DNA of 64,000 nucleotides from Eledone cirrhosa (Eukaryota): NCBI GenBank assembly GCA_964016885.1, contig OZ024743.1, positions 123,504,001 to 123,568,000 of the forward strand, read 5' to 3'. Shown piece by piece: positions 14,474 to 27,897 of this stretch (position 1 is its first letter; each line of letters starts with the position of its first letter). The notes under the pieces were generated by a model. It saw only the letters and a program-made list of their open reading frames with translations, ran no database searches and was not told where the DNA came from. The position numbers and the translations under genes were made by a program.

Positions 14474-15699
14474 ACTCTAAAATTGAGCATTATAATGATT
14501 TCCTTTCTGTAGACACAAAACAAATCTTGTAAATATAGTATCTCGACAGAGAGTGTGAAAAATGTCAGTAAATTATTGTCATTTTATTTAATTTGGAGAA
14601 TTGAAACATACACAATATCTTGACGATATTTGAAGAGAGTAAAATGAGGTAACTACAAATTTTTTAAATATTACTCGATTTATTACTTAGTCATAAACCC
14701 ATTACTTTTGAGAAATGGATACAGTCGATTTCATTGACTTCAGCATGTATTTTATAACCTAATAAAAAGTAAAGCCGACCTAGGCTGAGTTTGATCTGAG
14801 AATGTAAAAGAACGTAACTAAATAAGGTATGGTGTTTTCTCCATCACACTAATAATATTTCCAAAGCATCAATCCGGTTGCAATATCAATAATTATTTCT
14901 CATTGAGGTACAAGACCAGTGATTTTAGAGAGATGACTACTGGTTCTTTTATCGAACTGGGAAAGATGAAAGGCAAAGTTTACCTGGCATGATTTGATTT
15001 CAGAGCGTAAAGTGCTGTACTGAATGCCGCAAAGCACCTGTCTAACGCTCTAACGATTCGGTCAATCAACTACCCTTGTTGTATAATGTACTCATACAGA
15101 TATTGAAGATGTTTAGTCATTGTTGTCCCTGAACGAGCAAACATATAAATAAAGGCGTTCTCTCCGTGGCCATCACATCTTTTCTTTCTTTTCTAAAGAC
15201 GGTTAGGTGAAATTTGGCTATTATTTCAATTAGGTTCGACAACTACATGTAAGCTCCCTTGAGTTTCATTTAAAGATGAATTATAAGCCAAAGAAAGAAC
15301 TGTGATTAACTGAGAGCCATAAACATTTGTGTTGTGTCCGAGTGTTCACGAAAGTTTATGTTTCATGTACTTAATTATTAGGAAAATTTCATTTTACTTG
15401 AATATATAAGACATGATAAATACATTAATATTTTTAAAATCTATGACTTATTTATGTTTATTTTTAATTCAAGATTTTAATAATTCAAACATTGGGGTTT
15501 CGATTCCATCATTATTTAAACATTTTTACGGCATAGACAAAAGAAAAAGAGCAGTCTCCATATACTTGTACATAGCTAATGCTGTGAGGAAGTTATTCTC
15601 AGACTGAAGGCCTAATGTGTAGAGTTCGCTAAAGGCTATGTGGTGGTGTAAGACAGGGGAACGTTTTAAGTCAAACACCAAAGATGAGAAAAATCCCAC

Positions 15700-15850
15700 T
15701 AAACAGGCTTTATGCGGTTTCCGTCCGCTAATTATTACTCACAAAGATTTGGTGGACTCGGAACTATAGTAGAAAACACTTTCCCAATATGCCGCACAGT
15801 GTATCGAAACCGCAACTATGCCGTTGTGAAGCGAACTTCTTACTCATAAA
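15700..15850 (-). mobile_element. Decayed tRNA-SINE of a second family
   Basis: ggtttccgtc...actcacaaagatttggt...ctatagtagaaaacactt; related to 44975-45130. Confidence 0.5.
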
Positions 15851-16803
15851 TTCTTTCTTGCATTTTGACAATAATATTATTTATCATAAATATATTCCTG
15901 CAAGGAGTAGAATTATATGTTGCCTTCGGAATATGTCTTATCAAACATCCACTAATAGGTTTTTACCTTAAATAGAAATGACAATATATCAAACAAACTT
16001 CGATCAGCAGATCTAATTTAGAAAGCTGTTAATCTAGAAGATTGTGGAAGTGAATTTAGTATATTATTTATCGAATCTACTCTTAATGTTATTCAGAAGA
16101 ATTCAGAAACTTAGATCGAAAATAATTTCGCTGTAGATTCTGCTATGAGAGATTCATCTGTTTATATGAAACTATAAACATTGTTATGTTGATGGCAATA
16201 TTTGCTAATGTCCTGGAGAGATGAGAAGCTTACCTGAATATAATCTATCTCTAGCTATGTTAACGCTCTCATAACCACAGCTGTTAATAGTTCTCGTGAT
16301 AGCTGCTATGCAAAGCTATTATCACAATAAATGCTGTCATAAATATATTATTGGATGTAAGAAAATGCACACGTAAATAAATGGAATGTATTTCAATTAG
16401 TTATTTAAGGATACCAGATCGATATGGCATTGGACTTCTAAGTTCATATCCCGTTACTGGCATTTCGTTCTATCTTTGAATAAGAAAATTCTATATGCTT
16501 CATCTGACACCGTCTACAGAATGAGTACAAGTTCAACACCTAATCGATAATTTAGTCTTCGTTTCCTTAACACCACAGAAACTGAGTCAACTGTTATTTG
16601 TGAGAAAGAATCAAAATATTTGAAGATTTTATTGAATATATGTTTTCGGAAGAAATCATCAGTGCTTTCCTGATGATTTCTTCCGAATGAAACAGTTCTA
16701 GTCCTGTAGAAGCCATTTCTATATTAAATATTTACACTCTGCTATGTATTGAGTACCTTACTTACTGTGGTTACCCCCTATTGAACCCGGGATAAACACA
16801 CAC

Positions 16804-16897
<94 letters not shown>

Positions 16898-17044
16898 ATA
16901 TAGTTTTTAACAAAATCCGTCTTTAGAATATGAATTGAAAATGGGGGCACGGGACAAGGACAATGGAAAAATAACGGAAAGACGGACAATTCCATCTCCT
17001 CAGTCACCCTCTGTTAATCACTACAGTTTAGGTCATTAAGGTTG

Positions 17045-17750
17045 ATACCATTCATTCCAGTGCACAACTGGAGAACTCCAAGACGAGAAAAACTCATCAG
17101 TACTCCACCTACATGCCAGAATGGCACATGAGGGGGGTTCAGTAGAGAACAACGAGATGAAAATCATTTCTACACACAGAAGAGACGCAATGCTCCTACA
17201 GATTGCTGAGGCAATAAACATAAACGAGCTCCCACCAAAACTTAATAGAAAGAATGAATGGAATAGTAACAACCTCATAACATAGCTACTAAGGACAATA
17301 TAAAGACACAGAAGAAGAAAACTAATAAGATAAATAGAAAGACGCCCGCCACACACACACACACACTCACGTATATAGATAGAACAAGTAACCAACTACT
17401 GACAAGTACGAAAGAGAGAAGAGAGGGAAAATAAAGAATCATTAAATACATACATAGATAAACAAATAAATAAATAAAATAAAATAAAATAAATAAATAA
17501 AAATAAAATAAATAACAAACATACTCATACACCCAGATGTAACGCATGCGCAGTCCAAGTACATCTCTCAGAAAGACAAGATTGTGGAAAACAGAATAAA
17601 GAAGAGAAAGAAAGTAACACCAGAAGTAGTCACTGAATGTGTGACGAAAGAGCTTTGACAAACAACAAATAAACAACCATTTGGTTATTAAACTAACTGA
17701 CAGAAAATCTAAACTATAATAAAGTAAGAAGTGCGGAACTTCGTCCAGAA
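17045..17750 (+). mobile_element. 3' fragment of a Penelope-like element (end of GIY-YIG domain + pLTR)
   Basis: Encodes EKNSSVLHLHARMAH...RDAMLLQIAEAINI...PKLNRKNEW, homologous to 28760-29010. Internally deleted hammerhead remnant at 17629-17659. Confidence 0.8.
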
Positions 17751-18409
17751 TATATATTTTTTATCCCGTTTGTAAAATAAGTTGGATTACTTTGAATAAA
17801 TAATGAATGAATATTACATAATTTATCTACTAAATTTCGTAATTCTTGATTAAATATAAATAATTTTGTTGCTTATTTTAAGATTCGCTTCTTTAAAATT
17901 TTCAAATGTCAACACTTCCGGTTAGCGATCGCTTAAATAAACATTCTTATATTTCCGTCACTAATTTTCTCCTAATGCAGTTTATATATAATATCGACTT
18001 TTTTTAATGAATCATGGATTACTTTACTGATTACATAAGACAGTGTAACGCAGTCTTCGTTCAATTTCCGTGTATATTGTCAATTACGATTTTATTTGAT
18101 GTATCATATCTACATGTATATATACTTGCGTATAATATCAATATGCACACTACACATGCTAGCAGAAAACCACCCGAAAGGTGTTATTTCTGCTAGTTAA
18201 GGGAAATCCAATAGTTGCATGTGTTTGTTATTGGCCGGATGATACTCCCAAACTTTATAAACCGAGTTGAAAATCCGCCCGGTGAAACGCGCTTCCTCGA
18301 GTATGGTTTGTTAATTTGATGTAGAACCAACTCTATACCGAACTCGTCTTATGAACTGAGTGCCCTACCATTTACGGATATACCTTCCTGTTTTTTACCA
18401 CTATATATA

Positions 18410-18472
<63 letters not shown>

Positions 18473-18689
18473 AATTAAGTTAAAGTGTACATCTACATAT
18501 GTATACGGAAGTATTAGTATGCATATAAATACACACATGTATACATATGTACATGTACTCAGTTTTTCACTAGACACTTTACAGTGAGTGTCAGCTAGTC
18601 TGTATGTAACCACACAGACGGACCGGGTTTTAGAGTCATACGAGTTTTCAAGGAAACACATTTCCTCTATTCTCCAGAGGGCCAGAAGG

Positions 18690-18734
18690 AATATTGGACT
18701 AGTTTCGATGTTATTACATCTCATCAGCAATATT
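18690..18734 (-). ncRNA. Minimal type I hammerhead ribozyme (unit 1)
   Basis: aatattg CTGATGA gatgt-aata-acatc GAAA ctag TC caatatt on the minus strand. Confidence 0.9.
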
Positions 18735-19158
18735 AACCCATCTTCCGGCTTCTTTGGAGAATTGTAAAAGCACATATCGTTATATGCTTTTTCTATGAAA
18801 ATTAGTAGTGGGTAGACTAATTTGCATAGAACGTGAGTCATTGTACGCACCGGTTCAGCGGAAACGATAAAAACAAATAACGAAACGAAATTAAATTTCG
18901 TTTCGCTTCTAACTCACTTTTGTATGACTGACGCTTAAACAATTAAGTTAAAGTGTACATCTACATATGTATACGGAAGTATTAGTATGCATATAAATAC
19001 ACACATGTATACATATGTACATGTACTCAGTTTTTCACTAGACACTTTACAGTGAGTGTCAGCTAGTCTGTATGTAACCACACAGACGGACCGGGTTTTA
19101 GAGTCATACGAGTTTTCAAGGAAACACATTTCCTCTATTCTCCAGAGGGCCAGACAGG

Positions 19159-19203
19159 AATATTGGACTAGTTTCGATGTTATTACATCTCATCAGCAAT
19201 ATT
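19159..19203 (-). ncRNA. Minimal type I hammerhead ribozyme (unit 2)
   Basis: Identical motif. Confidence 0.9.
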
Positions 19204-19627
19204 AACCCATCTTCCGGCTTCTTTGGAGAATTGTAAAAGCACATATCGTTATATGCTTTTTCTATGAAAATTAGTAGTGGGTAGACTAATTTGCATAGAA
19301 CGTGAGTCATTGTACGCACCGGTTCAGCGGAAACGATAAAAACAAATAACGAAACGAAATTAAATTTCGTTTCGCTTCTAACTCACTTTTGTATGACTGA
19401 CGCTTAAACAATTAAGTTAAAGTGTACATCTACATATGTATACGGAAGTATTAGTATGCATATAAATACACACATGTATACATATGTACATGTACTCAGT
19501 TTTTCACTAGACACTTTACAGTGAGTGTCAGCTAGTCTGTATGTAACCACACAGACGGACCGGGTTTTAGAGTCATACGAGTTTTCAAGGAAACACATTT
19601 CCTCTATTCTCCAGAGGGCCAGACAGG

Positions 19628-19672
19628 AATATTGGACTAGTTTCGATGTTATTACATCTCATCAGCAATATT
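19628..19672 (-). ncRNA. Minimal type I hammerhead ribozyme (unit 3)
   Basis: Identical motif. Confidence 0.9.
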
Positions 19673-20096
19673 AACCCATCTTCCGGCTTCTTTGGAGAAT
19701 TGTAAAAGCACATATCGTTATATGCTTTTTCTATGAAAATTAGTAGTGGGTAGACTAATTTGCATAGAACGTGAGTCATTGTACGCACCGGTTCAGCGGA
19801 AACGATAAAAACAAATAACGAAACGAAATTAAATTTCGTTTCGCTTCTAACTCACTTTTGTATGACTGACGCTTAAACAATTAAGTTAAAGTGTACATCT
19901 ACATATGTATACGGAAGTATTAGTATGCATATAAATACACACATGTATACATATGTACATGTACTCAGTTTTTCACTAGACACTTTACAGTGAGTGTCAG
20001 CTAGTCTGTATGTAACCACACAGACGGACCGGGTTTTAGAGTCATACGAGTTTTCAAGGAAACACATTTCCTCTATTCTGCAGAGGGCCAGACAGG

Positions 20097-20141
20097 AATA
20101 TTGGACTAGTTTCGATGTTATTACATCTCATCAGCAATATT
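20097..20141 (-). ncRNA. Minimal type I hammerhead ribozyme (unit 4)
   Basis: Identical motif. Confidence 0.9.
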
Positions 20142-20344
20142 TACCCATCTTCCGGCTTCTCTGGAGAATTGTAAAAGCACATATCGTTATATGCTTTTTC
20201 TATGAAAATTAGTAGTGGGTAGACTAATTTGCATATAACGTGAGTCATTGTACGCACCGGTTCAGCGGAAACGATAAAAACAAATAACGAAACGAAATTA
20301 AATTTCGTTTCGCTTCTAACTCACTTTTGTATGACTGACGCTTA

Positions 20345-20848
20345 AAGCGAAACGAAAGTTAATTTCGTTTCGTTATTTGTTTTTATCGTTTCCGCTGAAC
20401 CGGTGCGTACAATGACTCACGTTCTATGCAAATTAGTCTACCCACTACTAATTTTCATAGAAAAAGCATATAACGATATGTGCTTTTACAATTCTCCAGA
20501 GAAGCCGGAAGATGGGTAAATATTGCTGATGAGATGTAATAACATCGAAACTAGTCCAATATTCCTGTCTGGCCCTCTGGAGAATAGAGGAAATGTGTTT
20601 CCTTGAAAACTCGTATGACTCTAAAACCCGGTCCGTCTGTGTGGTTACATACAGACTAGCTGACACTCACTGTAAAGTGTCTAGTGAAAAACTGAGTACA
20701 TGTACATATGCATACATGTGTGTATTTATATGCATACTAATACTTCCGTATACATATGTAGATGTACACTTTAACTTAATTGTTTAAGCGTCAGTCATAC
20801 AAAAGTGAGTTAGAAGCGAAACGAAATTTAATTTCGTTTCGTTATTCG

Positions 20849-20854
<6 letters not shown>
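20345..20854 (+). repeat. Inverted ~1.1-unit copy of the 469-bp monomer, ending in (TA)n
   Basis: Reverse complement of the array; starts and ends at the cgaaacgaaa..tttcgtttcg hairpin. Confidence 0.95.
20519..20563 (+). ncRNA. Minimal type I hammerhead ribozyme (inverted unit); predicted cleavage after GUC at 20556
   Basis: Helix I 20519-25/20557-63, CTGATGA 20526-32, helix II 20533-46, GAAA 20547-50, palindromic ctag. Helix I is extended by attctccagag/ctctggagaat. Confidence 0.92.
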
Positions 20855-20896
<42 letters not shown>

Positions 20897-21167
20897 TAAA
20901 CGAATAAAGAAAATATGGGCGAATATAGAACTCACGAAATACAGACAGTCCTATCTCATCAGTCGATCGCCGTTTCAGTTCAATATGATCGGACTATATA
21001 TATATATATATGGGGGGGGGGGGTTATGTGTACATGTATGTGTGTATGTATATGTTAGTGGGTGGATCATAGCAGTTATGTTTTATACATATGTAAAAGA
21101 AATATTGAATGGAAGGATATAGCATTACAGATTGATTTTTGTGTGAATTAATACTTTCTTTTGAAAG

Positions 21168-21372
21168 GAAGCGTGACCAATTTTTATCCATAGAAGAAGA
21201 AACAGCTGATAACATTGATCCTAATATATTACTAGAGATTCTTTCACTGATACCCACCCCACTCCCCAAAAAAAGAATAGAAAGGCCGGCTCGAATAAAA
21301 AGAAATACTAGAACAAAACGAAATCCAGGAATCATATATAAAAAGTGGCTTATTGCGAAACTCGTTACATAA
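21168..21372 (+). CDS. Candidate terminal coding exon of a small secreted peptide precursor
   Basis: Acceptor tttcttttgaaag; reads KRDQFLSIEEETADNIDPN...RIKRNTRTKR-NPGIIYKKWLIAKLVT*; AATAAA at 21471. Upstream exons are not established. Confidence 0.4.
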
Positions 21373-21559
21373 AACCTTTATTTATCATATATATTTTTGT
21401 TCCTGGTATAGTTTCATTATAACAAAAGCAAAAATATTAATCTATTAATCAATTCATAATGAATCTGAGGAATAAAAATTTCCTTTTCAGATTCAACAAA
21501 GTATTTTTCGCAGTATACGCACTTCTTCCCTGTCTTCTACTTTAAGTGTTTAACATGTG

Positions 21560-23694
<2,135 letters not shown>

Positions 23695-23696
<2 letters not shown>

Positions 23697-24262
23697 AAAC
23701 CTTTATATGTAATAATCTCCCGTTAGGTTGAGATACAATTTTGGCTGTATTGGGCTGCGCTTTCTAGCAAAAAGCCTACCAGCCGTAGGCAACTAATCAC
23801 ATCCTTTCTAACTTGACTGCTGCCACGTCACGATTCTTAGCCATTTTTGAATGTATTCTTGGCGCGATCACTTTGGAAAATTAATTGTCTAAATTTGAGC
23901 TAACTCCTGAAGAGTCCGGTGCTCTAGATTTCCATTGTTATCGGATATCTTAAAATGCGGACGAAACCATGGTAGAGGTAACTAAATATGTTCACTTTTC
24001 TTCTAGTTTATTTTACACCTAATTCTGTTTAGTTGACTGTATATCTGGTCGATTTATACACGCTGTCTAAATACTCGATAAATACTCCGTCGCAACCGCC
24101 GCGAAGGGCTGCTTTCAGTTATTTGGCGGTGATTTCTTCATAGGAGCCTTTATTCTTATAGCTTGGTCTAATTGATTTTTTATATGGTTAATTATGCTAA
24201 TTGGGAGAGGAAACGGTTTATATTTTATCTGGTGATTCTATAGACATGTTTTATGATATATA
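23695..24262 (+). mobile_element. Second copy of the same hammerhead-bearing element, ending in (TA)n
   Basis: 23823-24262 is the reverse complement of ~22970-23410. Confidence 0.8.
23901..23980 (+). ncRNA. Type I hammerhead ribozyme with a long helix II insert
   Basis: taactc CTGAAGA gtccg-(39 nt)-cggac GAAA ccatgg TA gaggta; palindromic helix III. Confidence 0.75.
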
Positions 24263-24269
24263 TATATAT

Positions 24270-24359
<90 letters not shown>

Positions 24360-24430
24360 TATATATATATATGTATATATATGTATATATATATACATGT
24401 ATATATATATATGTATATATATATATATTT

Positions 24431-24727
<297 letters not shown>

Positions 24728-24733
24728 TACATG

Positions 24734-24782
<49 letters not shown>

Positions 24783-24797
24783 ATATATATATGTATA

Positions 24798-24920
<123 letters not shown>

Positions 24921-24935
24921 GTATATATATATATG

Positions 24936-24984
<49 letters not shown>

Positions 24985-25009
24985 GTATATATATATATGT
25001 ATATGTATA

Positions 25010-25095
<86 letters not shown>

Positions 25096-25122
25096 TATAT
25101 ATATATATATATGTATATATAT

Positions 25123-27897
25123 TGCAGGAGAACCAGAAGAAGAAACAAAACTCCGATGGGAACTTACATTGACAAAATTCAGGACCGTTATCTCCATTAC
25201 TCAATGTAAACAATCCCGCTACAAAGCCAAATATGAAGTTATTGATGACCGAATTGAAGTCGAAATTTCAAAGCTAACGACTGGTATTATAGCTGAAAAA
25301 CTACGAGAACTATGGATCAGAGATATCTCAAAAGAAGAAAGCAAATCAAGAAAGTTATGGCAGCAGAAACAATTATTTCTCGACGAATATGCTGCAAATT
25401 ACGGTAAAGACTCTGGAACTCTGAGAAAAAGCATTAAAAGTGGACAATCTCACCAACACAACATACGCCAGAACACGTGGCAACACAAACACTCACTTAC
25501 CTTGAATCAAAGAAGAACTACGGTAATAACTCTTCGCTTTTTCTACAAAAACACCCTAACGCACACAACATGAACAAAAAGCACAAACACGGTAGATATT
25601 CCTTTGACCATACCATGAGAAGTAGTAAAACCAGAAGATCATTCTCAAGATCTCAACAGAGACTACCCACAAGGAACGGGGGGAAAAACGTAGAATAACC
25701 AGATCACTCTCAAGATCTCAACAGAGATTACCCACAAGAAACTGGGCGAAAAAACGATCTAAACCTGAAAGCAAACCTAGGTCATTTCCCCAGATAGTTA
25801 AAAATAATGCTAACAAGAAATGGAAAAATAATATACAAAATACCAAAAATAGGACACAAAACATAACGAAACTAAGTATAATATCACGACCAAAAGTTCA
25901 TCAAGCAAACACCAACAGGAATATAAATCCTAAACAGAGAAAAATCCACTTTTTAACGTCAGGACAACAAAAATCGGAAAAAGAAATACTCCAGGAGGAA
26001 ACATACCCAAAACAACTGTACACGTAGATCCTAAAATAATTAATTTATCGAAAAGAGATCTTGACAATGATGAAATGCAAATTCTGTCAAAAGGACTGAA
26101 ATTCATACCGACTCCAACAGTCAACCACCAAGAACTGAAGCAGGATACCCAAGAATTCTATCGAAAATTACGACTTGTAGAATTCTTCGCTGATAAAATT
26201 AATGAGAGTGATGAATCACTAGTAAAGAGTAAATCAAATTTCACTCCGCCAAAAGGAAGAAATATCTCTCTCGACCAATACATTGACATCCTGACTAAAT
26301 TTACTCTTAGACGTAATACGTTAGGCCAAACATTAACAAATCAGAAATGTCTGCACTTAAACGTATACAAAATGATAAAACAATAATAATTAAACAAGCA
26401 GATAAAGGGGGTGCAGTTGTTATAATAGATGCTGAATACTACAAAGATTTGGTTGAGGAACAACTGAAAGACACAACATTCATGAAATACCGTCAAATGT
26501 AGACCACAACATCATGGAGAAGATCAACAACATGGCTTCAAAATGCCACAACTCACTTACTGATAAGGAAAGAGACTACATTACCAAGTTTGAGCCAAAA
26601 CCCAGAAACCTGTATGGCCTACCGAAAGTTCATAAGTCAAAAGAAATCCAACTGGCAGTAAAAGAATAAAACAGTGAGTACATTAAATTACTACACCCAA
26701 AAGACTTAAAACTTAGACCTATTATAGCTGGTCCAACATGCCCTACCCACCGTCTAAGCAATTTTGTTGACATTATTTTGAAACCACTATGTACTCACAT
26801 ACCCAGTTTCATCCGGGATGATATCTACTTCCTGTCCCATCTTCCCAAAACCACGTATTCACTTCTACTTAGTTTTGATGTGGTGAGCCTTTACACCAAC
26901 ATTACACATGATTTAGGAATAAAGGCGGTTAAATACTGGGTGGAAAACCATAGAGAAGTGATTCCCACCAGATTCACAGCGCCATTTATATTAGACGCAA
27001 TCAAACTTATTTTGGAAAACAACACTTTCTTCTTCAATGGAAATAATTACATCCAAATTAGAGGCACAGCGATGGGAGCGAAGTTTGCTCCCGTTTACGC
27101 GAACTCTGTAATGGGATACTTAGAACATCTCCACCAAGAAATAGAGGAAAAATATAGCACTAACTTTAGAAAGTACATTGAAAAATCTTGGAAGAGATAC
27201 CTTGACGACTGTTTCATCATCTGGACAGAATCTCTAGATACTCTGGATGAGTTCAATATCCTCCTGAATAGCCTACACCCATCTCTCCAATTCACAAAAG
27301 AGATGAGTAATACCAAATTACCATTCCTAGATATAATGGTAATCAAAAACGACACCACCATTACCACGGATATATATTATAAACACACACACCCATCAAT
27401 ATCTGAATTTTAAGTCGTGCCATCCACCTCATACAAAACGCAACATCCCATACTGCCTAGCCAGAAGAATGTGTATCATTATAGAAGATACGAATACCAG
27501 GAACAAACGCCTAACAGAACTGAGAGAAGTTTTGCTCAAACAAAAATACCCATCTCAACTTATAGAAAATGGCATACAGCGGGCTATAAAAATACCTATA
27601 CAGCAACTTAGGACAACCCAAGGAAGAAGAAACCAAGATCTGGTCATACCATTTTTAATGACACACAACCCATGTCACCAGAATATCTTCAACACTGCCA
27701 AAGCAAACCTACCGATTATTGCTCAAAGTAATGAATTAAAAGGCTTAATCACAGACCGATCTTTGACTCTTAGTAAAAGACAGCCGAAAAATCTGAAGCA
27801 ATTACTAACAAAAGCAAAGTTTGACCCTAACAACAAAGACCAATCATTCACTGTATCTAAATGCAATGATAGTCGATGTGGCACATGTCAATCCATA
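25123..27897 (+). mobile_element. Penelope-like element, Neptune-like, frameshifted; GIY-YIG domain missing
   Basis: LSKGLKFIPTP, KQADKGGAVVI, RPIIAGPTCPT, SFDVVSLYTNI, QIRGTAMGAKFAP, WKRYLDDCFIIW, LPFLDI, and the Cys linker KCNDSRCGTC where it breaks. Confidence 0.92.

Larger units (their letters stand above)
18468..20346 (-). repeat. Tandem array of four 469-bp hammerhead-containing units (retrozyme/pLTR-like)
   Basis: Period 469: hammerheads start at 18690, 19159, 19628 and 20097. Units are near-identical, and the left end runs into (TA)n. Confidence 0.95.

Noticed and set aside
18401-20787. Repeated 64-149 aa ORFs in the 469-bp array
   Set aside because: No recognisable domain, non-ATG starts in several, and frame differences between units; the RNA motif explains the unit better.
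20950-20995. GAAA...TC..CTGATGA on the minus strand
   Set aside because: Helices I and II cannot form.
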